DNA of 64,000 nucleotides from Leucoraja ocellata (lineage: Eukaryota), in assembly GCA_036785375.1 (NCBI GenBank), contig JAWMAR010000009.1:16554001-16618000 (forward strand). The letters are read 5' to 3'. Under the pieces are notes generated by a model. The model saw only the letters and a list, made by a program, of their open reading frames with translations, ran no database searches and was not told the DNA's origin. The first letter of the stretch is position 1. Every line of letters begins with the position of its first letter. This document shows, piece by piece, positions 50,700 through 62,889 of this stretch. The position numbers and the translations under genes are program-made.

Positions 50700-51060
50700 C
50701 CACTTCTACAAAGAGGAGAATAGACAAGGAAACCTCAGGGATGCCATAGTTAAGGAGATATTCAGGAAAGGACAAAAAATAATCAGTGTGGATTCTGTCT
50801 ATCTATACACACAAGGGATGTGATCTTCACATTGTGGCAACACAAAGAATACGGGGACCAATACTGCCTACTATGGCCTCTTTACTAAGCCTTTGACTCC
50901 ATGAATCAGGAGGATCCTGGAACCATCCCCATCCTTACACCTCCCAAATTCATCTACACACTGAAATTCACTGTAATTTTATGTGTGTTTCATGATGGCA
51001 TGAAGGCCATGATCCTAAACAATGGATCTGCAACAATGTCAAGACCAATGTCGAACTGGG
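50700..51060 (+). mobile_element. Highly degenerate RTE-clade reverse transcriptase remnant
   Basis: Residual motifs DVIF, TKAFDS-like (tttactaagcctttgactcc), PPKFI and FHDGMKA. Confidence 0.55.
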
Positions 51061-51722
51061 CTGCACAGGTCATTGTCCCAGCACTTCCCCACAACCTTTC
51101 TCACCTTGATTTTGCACCTTATTTCGAATGGCTTTTCCACTGGACTGTAGCTAATCTTCAGATAGAGCCAGGCCCAGCACTCCGGATCTCCAACACTGGC
51201 GTTCCCCGGCAAGGGATCGCCCTGCTCCGCAATGGTAATTCTGTGCTGCAAGCTCTGGGCCGGTCTCCGGTAGGAAAGGCTACGTCAATCCACTTGGTAG
51301 GCCGCGAGGGGGCGGGAGAGGGGGAAGATGCGACATGGAGAAAAGACGCATCTCCGTCCAGGTAAGTGACTGAAAAACAGTTTCCCCCTATTCCCCGCCA
51401 CCACCACACACATAAAACACACTAAGAAACATTAAAACATACATATAGTCACACTAAAAATAACAAGAAGGGTGAAAGGACGAATGAGCTGCTGGCGAGG
51501 CAGCCATTACGGTCAGCATTCTTAACTTTTTTTTAGAAAATAAAGCATAGTGCTCATTAATGTGAAGTCCAATGAAGATCATGGAAGTAGGCTTTAAAAT
51601 CCACACGTCTTGAGGATATGATTTCATTGCACAGCACCAACAAGGAAAGCAATCAATGTTCCTTCACATCCCTCAGGCGCGACCCAACTGGGATAAAAGT
51701 TGGAATGTTCTTCAGAGCGGCT

Positions 51723-51860
51723 GAAAATTCAAGACGCGAAAAGGGACGAAAATACAGGACGTGAAAAGTAACGAGAATTCCGGGCGCAAAAAGCAATCAA
51801 GATGCGAAAAGCGACGAATAATCAAGACGCTAAAGGCGACGAAAATTCAAGATGCAAACT
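51723..51860 (+). repeat. Degenerate CpG-rich minisatellite (~24-25 bp unit)
   Basis: Approximate unit gaaaattcaagacgcgaaaagcgac, about 5-6 copies. Confidence 0.7.
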
Positions 51861-54800
51861 TTCTCAATCTCAATCAAAGAAAGTGGTTGAATGCCAGTTT
51901 GATTTATCCTGAAATCACTCTCTGTCTGTACAGCATGGTAGCCCTCAGGGTTGCAGGACTTTGATGGATTTATTTTTGCACCTGCTCACTCACAAACATA
52001 ATAGCACAATAAGACAATAAGACATACAAACAGAATTAGGCCATTCAGCCCTTCGAGTCTACTACGACATTCAAACACAGGCAATCTATTGTTCCCTCTG
52101 AACCCCATTCTCCTGACTTCTCCCCGTAACCTTTATCGCACTTCCTATTTTGACATGGGAGCCGTATGACTAAATACAAGGAATTCCCAGGCGTTTCCTT
52201 GTCCCATGATGACAAACCTCTTCTCTTCTCATCACCCTTCGCCCAATGGTCCAGGTGAAGCTGCCATTTTTTCCAGGTCCACAGCAATTTGTTCACCCTT
52301 CCTGCTGGTCTTGTGTTTTGCAGTCAGTCTTCAAAATTTGGTCTATTTTATACTGAGGAAGTTGCAAAGCATCTGCATTTAGCCTGCGGGAGAATCCGAT
52401 AAGTGCCGAGTCTTACCTGGATAAATGCAATGATTAATTCTGTGCGGAACTTCAAGCAAACTCTAGTGAACACCCAGGGCAATGTTTTGATGCAGTTACT
52501 GTAGTAGGCCAACCCCAACCAAAATATATTTTCCTCACACTTTCTCCTTTGAGAGAATTGTATTGGGAGCTTACTAAGGATCAATGAGAGAAAATTAAGC
52601 TATTAATATCTAATAATAGCTCTTAATATGTTGAGATTTGTGAGATAAATGCTAACCTTCAGTACCACTCTGCTAACCCATGGCTGATCGCAGTCATGTT
52701 TTGTTTCCTAACCTCACAGACCAGTGGTGTAATGATATGACAGTAGCTACATACAGAGAGAACAGTGACAATGAGGAATTAGTCTATGCCCTGGAATCTT
52801 GGCTGCAGTTTCATAAGACTTCTTTGCATCATCTGGAGTCAACAGATGTGCAGATGGATTAAACAGATTGAGCCTGGGATGTGAAATGTGTTTTTTTAAT
52901 ATATGGTGATGGATTGTGGCTTGTGTGTTACACTGGGCCAAAAATAGAGACTTCCCGCCTCAGCTGTATCAACTTCCCCTGCTGCAGAAAACCGTGCTAC
53001 CAAACAGGAAATAAGAAGCAACCTCTGAGTGCCAATTAACACTTCTATTCTAAACATTTTACACAGATGAGGCTTGAGCTGTGTGAGGGAAATCTGTGGC
53101 GGAATCCCAGTGAGTGGAAGACTATGAACAAGAGGCATTAGACGATGAAGCTGATTGTGAATGGCAATAGCTGGCACAGTGCACTAGATGGACAAGGAGG
53201 TGAATAGTGAAGGGTCTTCCATCGGAAACATTCACTGAATGTCCTTCCACAGATGCTGCCTGACCTGATGAGCTTTTCCAGAATTTCAGATTTTGTTTCA
53301 GATTTTCCGTGTCTGCAGTTTTGATTATTTTCATAAAATTATATTGACATTTGCAGAGTAAAGGTGGTTCATGATTCTTGTTTATGCAGAGACGGAGGGA
53401 GGAGATAGCCATCCGGAAAACCTTTACATCCATCCACTTTTTCTATCTATCTGTCTGTCTGTCTATCTATCTGTCTGAAGAAGGGTCTTACACTAGCACC
53501 TAAAACGTCACCCATTCTTTCTCTCCAGAGATGCTGCCTGTCCCGCTGAGTTACTACAGCATTTTGTGTCTATTTTCAGTTTAAACCAGCATCTGCAGTN
53601 NNNNNNNNNNNNNNNNNNNNNNNNNNNNNNNNNNNNNNNNNNNNNNNNNNNNNNNNNNNNNNNNNNNNNNNNNNNNNNNNNNNNNNNNNNNNNNNNNNNN
53701 NNNNNNNNNNNNNNNNNNNNNNNNNNNNNNNNNNNNNNNNNNNNNNNNNNNNNNNNNNNNNNNNNNNNNNNNNNNNNNNNNNNNNNNNNNNNNNNNNNNN
53801 NNACTCAGCAGGACAGACAGCATCTCTGGAGGGAAGGAATGGGTGACGTTTCGGGTCGATTCCCTTCTTTAGTTTGGTTTAGTTTATTGTCTCGCAAACC
53901 AAGGTACAGTGAAAAGCTTTTCATCAGAACTTTGTCAGTTAACTCTGACCTGAAACGTTAACCCTGTTTCTCTTTCCACAGATGATGCCTGACTTGCTGA
54001 GTCTTTCCTGCATTTCCTGATTTTACTACAAATGATGGTGTGAGTTGGGCTGACATTTTTATTTCTCGGCTTAACTTCTTTCTACACTCATTGGCAAGTT
54101 GCTGCCTTGCTCGTGACCCAGATCCCAGTCAATATTTCAAAATCTTGGATATCCCCAAAGAACAAATTAAGGACTTTTCACACAAAGTCACTCCATTGTA
54201 ACTTTGATTTTTACCTTTATTTCATTCCCAACACCCATTCCGTGTAAATTATACAGGGAGCTATTGCTTTCATCTCTCTACAAACCCCGGCTTTATTCAA
54301 ATCAGTAACAAAGCTAATTGTAGATGTAAGAGGACATTTGGCCCAATGGCACCACATAGTCCAACATCAAATAATCCACTGTGCTTCAAATGATCTAAAG
54401 TTTCATCATTCACTGGGCATTTTAAAGAATTACATTAGTAAAAGCCTGAGAGGAGCTTACCTTTTACTGGTTACTATCCCCAGTCTAATGAACTCTTCAG
54501 GAGTGAGGTGCTGGACACCACAGATAGACCTGGAAACGAGCTGAGAAGAATTGATCATTTGGTACAAAAGATCAATATTTTCTCTGCCGCTGGAGAGCGG
54601 TAGCACGTCAACATGGCGAGTTATAGAGTGATGCAGCGTGGAAACAGACCCTTCGGCCCAACTTGCCCACACCAGCCAACATGTCCCAGCTACATTAGTC
54701 CCACCTGCCCGTGTTTGGTCCATATCCCTCCAAACCTGTCCTATCCATGTGCCTCTCTGGCTGTTTCTTAAATGTTGGGATAGTCCCTGCCTCAACTGCC

Positions 54801-55832
54801 TCCTCTGGCAGCTCGTTCCATACACCCACCACCCTTTGTGTGAAAAAGTCACCCCTTAGATTACTATTAAATCTTTTCACCTTCACCTTAAACCTATGTC
54901 CTCTGGTCCTCAATATGCCTACTCTGGGCAAAAGTCATGAAGGTAAAGGCGGAGCTGGGCAACAAGTTGTCCAGCCACACGTAGCATAAGACCAGGCACA
55001 TTTTCCCAAGCTGAGCCTTTTGTAGTCTTAATCACGTTTGCTCGAGTAAACTGATGCAAAGTAGCAGTTGGTCAACTGATGCAAGTGAAAATCCATGCAG
55101 CTCCCAACATCAGGTTCATGTGATTTTGGTGTGTTTCATAATTGTTAACTGGGTGAGGTCAGCCTAAATAGGAACGACCTAAACTTCCCTTCTGGGCTGT
55201 ACACATTTGCTCACTTTGGACTTTAGAGATACAGCGCGGAAACAGGCTCTTTGGACTACTGAGACCGCCACGACCACTGATCATCCCATACACTAGCACT
55301 ATCCTACACACTAAGGATATTTTACATTTTTACAGAAGCCAATTAACCAACAAACCTGTACGTCTTTGGCCTGTGGGAAGAAACTGGAGCAGCCGGAGAA
55401 AACTCACACGGACACAGGGAGAACGTGCAAACTCTGTACAGACAGCACCAGTAGCCAGGATGGAACCTAGGTCTCTGGCGCTGTGAGGCAGCAACTCTAC
55501 CGCTGTGCTACTGTGCTGCCCTCCTCTTGAAGAGCAGTGTCGTTCTCATGAATCCCACAGAAAAAGATATATTTTGCCTTGAAGTAAACTTATGGAATCT
55601 TCTGGTCTTGAGTCCTTTTCCCCCCACTGTGACCCGACACTATTTAACTGAAACTGGACTCATGCACTGAAGAAGTGGTTTTCTGATTTGTAGCACGAGT
55701 CTCTGGCTTGTGTGAAGACCAGTTTAAAAGTGGAATTTGCAAGAAAAGAGTAGGACTTCAGTGAATGAGATGGAAGAAGAAATGAATGACTGTGTGGCCT
55801 CCCCAATCCAAGCTTGGACCGAGAAAGTAAGA

Positions 55833-56572
55833 GACAATACAACACAATACAATAATACTTTATTAGCCAAATATACTTTACATACCAGGAGTTTTATTTG
55901 CCAAGTCAGTCATACAAATAAAAAGCAACAGAACACACAAAATACATTTTAATGTAAACATCCACCACAGTGACTCCTCCACAATCCTCACTGTGATGGA
56001 AGGCAAACTAAAATGTTCAATCTCTTCCCTTCTTTGTCCTCCCGTAGTCGGGGGCCTCGAGCCTTCCGTTCACGGGACGATCTTGACTCCCATAGCCGGC
56101 GGCGGGCACTCCGCGTCGGGGCGATCAGCTCCCGCATCGGGGGGGATGTCAGCTCCACCGCTCCGGGCGTTCGACCCCGAGACGGGGCTTGTCGAACCTC
56201 TGCGTCGTTGCAGCCTCCCGACTCAGCCTCTACCGAGACTGCGAGCTCTCAATGTAGATTCCGCAGGCCGCGGTCGAAGCGATCCCAGGCGAGGGATCGG
56301 CTCCGATGTAAGTCCACGCCCCGCCGTGGGGCTCAAAGTCAGTCCGAGGAGCGGCCGGAGATCCAACCCAAAAATTAATCGCATCTCCAGCAGGATATGA
56401 GATTGAAAAAAAGTCTCCTCCGACCTCCTCCCCCTTCCCCCTTCCCCCCGCATAAAACAAACCAGAGAACATTTACACAGACTTTTAAAATGCACTAAAA
56501 ATAACAAAAAAAAGTCAAAAAAACAGACAGACTGTTGGCAGCGCTGCCAATCGTGCGGCGCCCCTAGTGGTT
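55833..56572 (-). mobile_element. GC-rich non-autonomous retroelement with an (ATTGT)n tail
   Basis: Architecture shared with 51150-51512. The ggctaataaag tail resembles LINE tails at 10270 and 60541. Confidence 0.6.
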
Positions 56573-57342
56573 AAATGTGTCAGTAAAATGAAGCACGGGA
56601 TCTTGAAGAACCAGTTACATGATTAGGATGGGAAATACATGGGCAAGTTGGCAGAAAGAAGAGAAATAAATGTATTAAGCGGGTAATGAAAATACAAGTT
56701 AATTAATACTGAGAGAAAATATCCAGAGCCCAGAGCAGTTCCTAAACTGCTGAATGGAAAAATGGGAACAGACCTTCTGAGGCTGATGAAGCATAATAAA
56801 AAAAAGCAACCTGGTAACTTTGACGGAAAGGTTAATTTGCTTAGAAATATAGAGACAAATCCTGAACAATAACAGAACATGATGGAAATACTCAGCAGGT
56901 CAGGCTGCATCTGTGGGAAAAGAAACCTTATAATGGTTTCAAAGGCGGTCAAGGTTATCCTAGATGATCCACAGAATTATTCAAGGTTACAGTTCCAGAG
57001 ACGTATAACAGGGAAAGTCTTACATTTTTAATGTGAACTGAGACCAAATCTTTGAGCTAATGGTAAAAGCTGGTTTACAAGACGTTAGTAGATGCTGATG
57101 TAAAATCAAAATGCCATTTAATCTTTTATAAAATGCCACAGTCTAAAATTATAGGATATAGGTTTAAGAGTGGAATTATTTAAAAGGGACCTAAGGGATA
57201 ATGTATTCACACAGACGATAATGTGTATATGGAACGAGTTGCCAGAAAAAATACTAGAGACAGATACTATTGTGAAATTTAATGCAGTTTGGTAGGTACT
57301 TGAGATAAAGGTTTGGAGAGATACATGACGCTAGCTTAGTTA

Positions 57343-59093
57343 TGGGGCTGTCACACTGTACGAGCTAATTCAAGAGTTCTCCCAAGTTTCCCCTAATTCG
57401 AACTCGGAGAATTACGGTAATAGCCGCTCGTAGGTACTCGAGGCTCCCGTGGACATTTTTCAACATGTTGAAAAATCTTCACGAGTCTTCCCGAGTACCT
57501 GCCGTTAGCGTTACGAGCCGCTAAGAGACGTCCCAAGGAACTTCCGGTGGCGCCATGGAGCACTAAGGCGCGGCATTGAGCTCCTCTCCCGTAAAAATTG
57601 CAAAAAAGCCGTTTTAAAGTCAGTACCGATTTAAAAAAAACTCACCGGAGCTGCTTAGTGTCGTGTAAAGGTGACATCATCAGAAGGTGACGTGAGAATT
57701 GGGGAGCTTAACGGTAAAAATCGGGAGTTTTAAATGAGCAAAGAAAAAAGTTCAAGGGCACCTAAGAAAAACACTATTAGTCTTCAGCTCGAGAAAGTAT
57801 TGGATACTCTGCAAACGACAGAACAAGGCTCAGAAGAAGAAGAATCCAAGGGCCTCTGCTTGAAATGGCTACAAAAGGAGACAAGAAGGAGAAAGAGGTA
57901 AAGCAAATGCTTTTAGATATGACTGCTACAATCAATATTACACTGGAAAAGATGCAGAGTATGGAGTCTCATATGGAGAGTAATAAGCAGAGTATGGAGA
58001 CTAATATGGAGAGAATTTCTCAAAAAATTGAAAATACTTGCAGTGAATTAAAAGAACTGAAGAAGCAATATAAGGAATTTGATTTTAAAAAAAACTAAAG
58101 TCATAGTGTGTTAGAATCGAAAATGACTATAACAAGATGTGAAGGATGATATCGTAAAACTGGATGAAATAATGGAAGAGATGGAGAATGAGATAAAAGA
58201 GATGGTCACGGAAATAATGAGTTTGAAAAAATCACAGAAAACTGAAGAGGAAAAATTTGGAAGAATGACTGACAAATGTCTGGACTTAGAGGCAAGATCG
58301 CGAAGACAAAATCTGAGGATTCTTGGAGTGGAAGAAGGACGAGAGGGACATGAATCTCAAGCATGTACTTTTGTTACTGATTTACTCAAAGATGTCTTTG
58401 AACTGTCGGAAGAACCAAGAATAGACGTCGCTCACCGAGTTGGGCGTGTTGCAATAGGAACAAATTATTCAAGACAGATAATTGTGAAATTCCGTGATAT
58501 CTCTTCAGTGGAATTTATATTGAGAAAGATTACCCATGGGAAGAAGCTGACATACCGTGGGGATAATATTCCAATTTTTCCGTGATTACCCACCTGAGGT
58601 CGTCCCGAGAATGAAATTGTTCACACCGGCAAGACACACTCTGAAGGATGTCCCCGGAGATAGATATGGGGTCGTTTTTCCTGGGAGAATGAAGGTGTCT
58701 TATAACGGCACTGAACACTCATTTACAGATCCCGGAAAAGCTTTTAAGTATGCAGAGGATATCGTAAAGAAAATATCGGGGGAAGCTGTCGACAAGGAAG
58801 AAGATTGAACTTTTTAATTCTTATGATAAGAGTTTTGAACTGGTTAAAATGGCGGAGCTTTCCAGACAATTACAAAGCTTATCTCTCTGGAATGTGTTTT
58901 TGAGAGTGCTGGCCATATTTAACCTTGAACGAAAAGCTCAAAGTTTAACCCCTTGGTACCTGCTTGTATGGTAGTTAACCTTTTAGAGCTCCAACATACC
59001 CGCCACGTACATTCTACGCGCTTACCACGAGTTTGATTTTTTTTTTAAATTCGGGAGAGCTCTTGGGTGAACTCGTACAGTGGGACAACCCCA
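57343..59093. mobile_element. PIF/Harbinger-type MITE interrupted by an L1-like insert
   Basis: TIRs tggggctgtcacac / gtgggacaacccca. TTA TSD at 57340-57342 and 59094-59096. The MITE body breaks at ~57536 and resumes at ~58985. Confidence 0.85.
57537..58984 (+). mobile_element. L1-clade LINE 5' portion: 5' UTR and frameshifted ORF1 (coiled coil, RRM, CTD); ORF2 essentially absent
   Basis: Starts GGAACTTCCGGTGGCGCCATGG. ORF1 pieces span 57734-58808 and include DLEARSRRQNLRILGVEEG, IDVAHRVG, RQIIVKF, FRDYPPEV and YGVVFPGRMKV. Possible ISWNV endonuclease start remnant at ~58880. Confidence 0.85.
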
Positions 59094-61500
59094 TTAGGCA
59101 ATTTGGTTGGACTGAAGGGCCTATTTCATGCAGTATGGATCTTTGACTTTGCAACTTTAGTTGCACCCCAGGTTTGGGCCTGACGCAAAGCAAAATACAG
59201 TAATTAAACTAATCTTGCTGCAATGTCCAGGTAGGATAGGAAATGTACTCCTTTAGAGCAGTGGCAACAATAAAGGAATTCATAATTTGATGGTGAGGTC
59301 CAAGTTTAAACAAGGCCACAAAATGCAATTGCTACAATTACGATTTCATGCATGTGGCATCCAATGTAAAATATGTAGATGTTTCTGGTCCCAAGTCAGA
59401 AGAAACCAGAGAAGATGACTGCTTTTCTTTCTTACTGATTCTGGTCTGAAAATTATATTTGTGCACATTTACAAGCCATATAATCTCAACATCCAAACAG
59501 TTAACTTAATCTGTAATGTTAAATTGAAACACGGTAGTTTAGTTTACCGCACGGAAACAGGCCCTTCGGCCCACCAAGTCCGCGCTGACCAGTGATCACC
59601 GCACACTAACAGTAACCTACACACACTAGGGACAATTTACATTTTTACTGAAGCCAATTAACATACAAACCTACATATCTTTGGAGTGTGGGAGGAAACC
59701 GGAGCACCCAGAGAAAGCCCATGCAGGTCAGGGGAAAACGTACAAACTCCATACTGACAAGCACCTGTGGTCAGGATCGAACCTGGGTCTCTGGTGACTC
59801 GACCGCTGTGCCCCATGGTAGGTTTCTGTTATTCAGTCTGTAATGCCATTTACCCTCCTCTCTCTGAAGATGTCTGAAATATTCTCTGGAGATATTGGAC
59901 GTGTGGCTTCTTCTGTTAATAACTTTATATGACTGATATTTTAACTTGATCCAATTATAAATCACTTATTTCAAATTATGTAATGCAGAGGAGTAAACTG
60001 AGTCACCATGGATTATCACGTTATTTGCGAATTATAGAATTGTGATCAAAATGCTGTATTTATACCACAATAATAGCACCCAGATCGTGGTGAATCTGTG
60101 GAATTCATTGCCACAGACAGCTGTGGAGGCCGTCATTGAGTATTTTTAAGGCAGAAGTTGACAGATTCTTGATTAATGCAGGTGTCAAGGGTTATAGGGA
60201 GAAGGCAGGAGAATGGGGTTGAGTTGGAGAGTTAGATCAGAAATGGATTATTAAACTGAGCAGTAAGTCTGTTTTTCAGACCAGTTTTGGCACGGCACAG
60301 TGGCGCAGCAGTACAGTTGCTGCCTTACAGCACCAGAGGCCAAGATTCTGTGGGTTGAATGGAAGACAGATGAAATCTTCAAAGGTTCAAAGGTTCTTTA
60401 TTAGCCACATACACCAATTGGTGTAGTGAAATGCTTATTGCCAATGCAGCACATAAAAAATTTTTTTTAAATTAAAAAAAAAAAAATCTTCTCCTACTTA
60501 CAGGCTTGGGATGAGCTCAGTAATGAATGAATGAATGAATAAGTTTATTGGCCAAGTATGTACACATACAAGGAATTTGCCTTGGTGCTCCGCTCGCAAG
60601 TAACAACACGACATACAGTAAACAATTAAGAATAAAACATAAAACATTAAGAATAAAATATCATAGTTTAAACATGTGAATGAAATAAAATACCAGAGCA
60701 AAAGGAGGCAACAGACTTTTGGTTATTGAGTAGAGCTACTGCTCGTGGAAAAACGTTGTTGTTATATCTGGCTGTGGCGGCTTTAACAGTCCGGAGTCGC
60801 CTTCCAGAGGGAAGTGCTCCGTAATGCACATGAGGTGTGATAGAAATCAGCAGCAGCCTGGAATGATGAAGTTAGTAAGCTGGCTGATACTGTGACTCCA
60901 CAAACAAAGTGGTCCAAAGCACATGCATTAGAATGCATTTAAAGCCTGAGAGGGGTATAGATCTCATCATGGGCTAACAAGTGTTGGTCCTTTCAGTAAT
61001 ATAGTTTCAAAGGAAATGGATTATTAAACTGAGCAATGTCTTTTTTTTAAGAGACCAGTTTTGGAGCGGCACGGTGGCGCAGCAGTAGAGTTGCTGCCTT
61101 GCAGCGCCAGAGACCCAGATTCAATCCTGACTACGGGTGCTGTCTGTACGGAGTTTGTACATTCTCCCGTTTTCTTCCGGTGCTCCAGTTTCCTCCCACA
61201 CTCCAAAGATATACGTAGGTGAAATCTACAAAATTGTAGAAAATTGTAAAATATAGTTAATTGTCCCTAGTGTGAAGGATAGTGAGAATGGACGTTGGCG
61301 CTGGTTGGCGCGGAAACGGTGGGATGAAGAGCCTGTTTCTACGCTGAAGTCTGAAGAAGGGTCTCGACCCAAAACGTCACCCATTCCTTCTCTCCAGAGA
61401 TGCCGCCTTACCCGCTAAGTTACTCCAGCATTTTGTGTCTACCGTTGATTTAAACCAGCATCTGCAGTTCTTTCTTACACACTGATTCTGTGCTGTATCT

Positions 61501-61639
61501 ACTTCTTCTTGCATCTGGCGTCCACAGCCTAAAGTTGCAGCACTACTTGTTCTATTTGATCTTATTTTATTGTGCACGCCGGGTTGATTGCATTCATCGA
61601 AACAGGGTGGACCACGTGAAGGTTGCAATCTTCCACCCC
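61501..61639 (-). mobile_element. Short non-autonomous retroelement with an HDV-like ribozyme head and an (AAG)n-like tail
   Basis: Flanked by near-identical direct repeats tgctgtatct (61491-61500) and cgctgtgtct (61640-61649). The 3' end reads ...GCAAGAAGAAGT on the minus strand. It lies in the 3' tail of a V-SINE. Confidence 0.75.
61586..61639 (-). ncRNA. Minimal HDV/CPEB3-like ribozyme fold (catalytic C position is T in this copy)
   Basis: Minus strand reads GGGGTGG-AA-GATTGCA-ACC-TTCACGT-GGT-CCACCCT-GTTTCGA-TGAA-TGCAATC. P1 is 7 bp with a G1.U wobble, P2 is 7 bp, P3 is 3 bp, and L3 is TTCACGT as in CPEB3. Confidence 0.8.
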
Positions 61640-62889
61640 CGCTGTGTCTCTAAAGCATAAAGTAAAGTGAGTCTGTGCAATTTTCTAAGTACAGTGGAGT
61701 TATCCCTGGTGTCGTGGCTAATATTTATCCAGATCACAGAAACAGAGATCTTTTTTTTTAAAATATTTTTATTTAGTAGAAGCAAATGTACAAGAGTAGA
61801 ACAAACGGCATATAAAATTATACAGTTATTGTACAGCTTCAATTTTGACTTTTTAGTTTTGTAGAAGAAAAGAAAAGAGAAAAAGAACAAGAAAGAGAAA
61901 AGGTGAGATGTGCAAAGATAGGACCCGTAGACCACCAAAGTAGTGTAGCCAAAGGAACACAAAAATGCTGGAGAAACTCAGCGGGTGCGAAGGAAATAGG
62001 CAACGTTTCGGGCCGAAACCCCTTCTTCAGACTGTAGCCAAACAGTGGGTAAAAGAAAGAGAGAAGAGAGAAATAGAAAAAAAAAAGAACAAAAAGAAAA
62101 AGAGAGAGAAAAGTGGTGATATACCTGCCTCTCGTCCCTCCCCACCCACCTCACCCAACCCATAATTGGATTTAAGTCCAAAGTTGTGTTGCGCCATGTA
62201 AGAAATCAGTAAAGGGTGGCCATGACTTGGAAAAATGATCTGGTTTTTCTGCCATGACAAGTCTAATATTTTCAAGATGTAGTGTCTTGGACATGTTTGT
62301 AATCTACATCTTAAGAGACAGAAATCTGTCGTCACTATGTTTATTGGCGGTAAAACAATGCTGCCTGTCTGTGAAAACCACATCAAGAACAAGAAGCAAG
62401 TCTCTGGGTTTATGGAAGACCATTTCCCACTGATATCTTGCATCATGTGAGCAAATAGGCAGCAGCACATCATTTTATTGTCTCCTGTGTAAAAGATCAC
62501 AAGTGCTTCTGCATTACTGCATTTCAAAAGACCAACATGTTTTAATTTGTTGTTTATGTTTGTTGAATGCCAAACGCCTGGGTTTATTTTCTTAATCTTG
62601 AGTGGTCTGTTTCAGCTTGGGGACTGAACCGTTCACCAGGGATGTTAATTAGCTCAAGTCTGCTGCTTGGCAATCATTGGTAATTGTTTTAAGAGTCGTT
62701 CATTCAATTCTAAAACGAAAACCATTCAGGATTAATGAGTATGCCCACAATATGCTCCGGTTTTAATGACCTCTTCATTGAAATATTCATTTGCCACAGA
62801 TTTAAGAATGGCTTCACCATCCCAAACCACATGAAGACACAAAAAGAGCTGGAATGTACCGCAGACTGCTGCAAAGTCTCCGATCTCCT

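Noticed and set aside
51355-51370. ACTTACCTGG on the minus strand resembling the U1 snRNA 5' end
   Set aside because: Only 10 nt match, with no further U1 similarity; it is part of a repeat.
7097-53802. Long ORFs spanning N runs
   Set aside because: Artefacts of undetermined bases.
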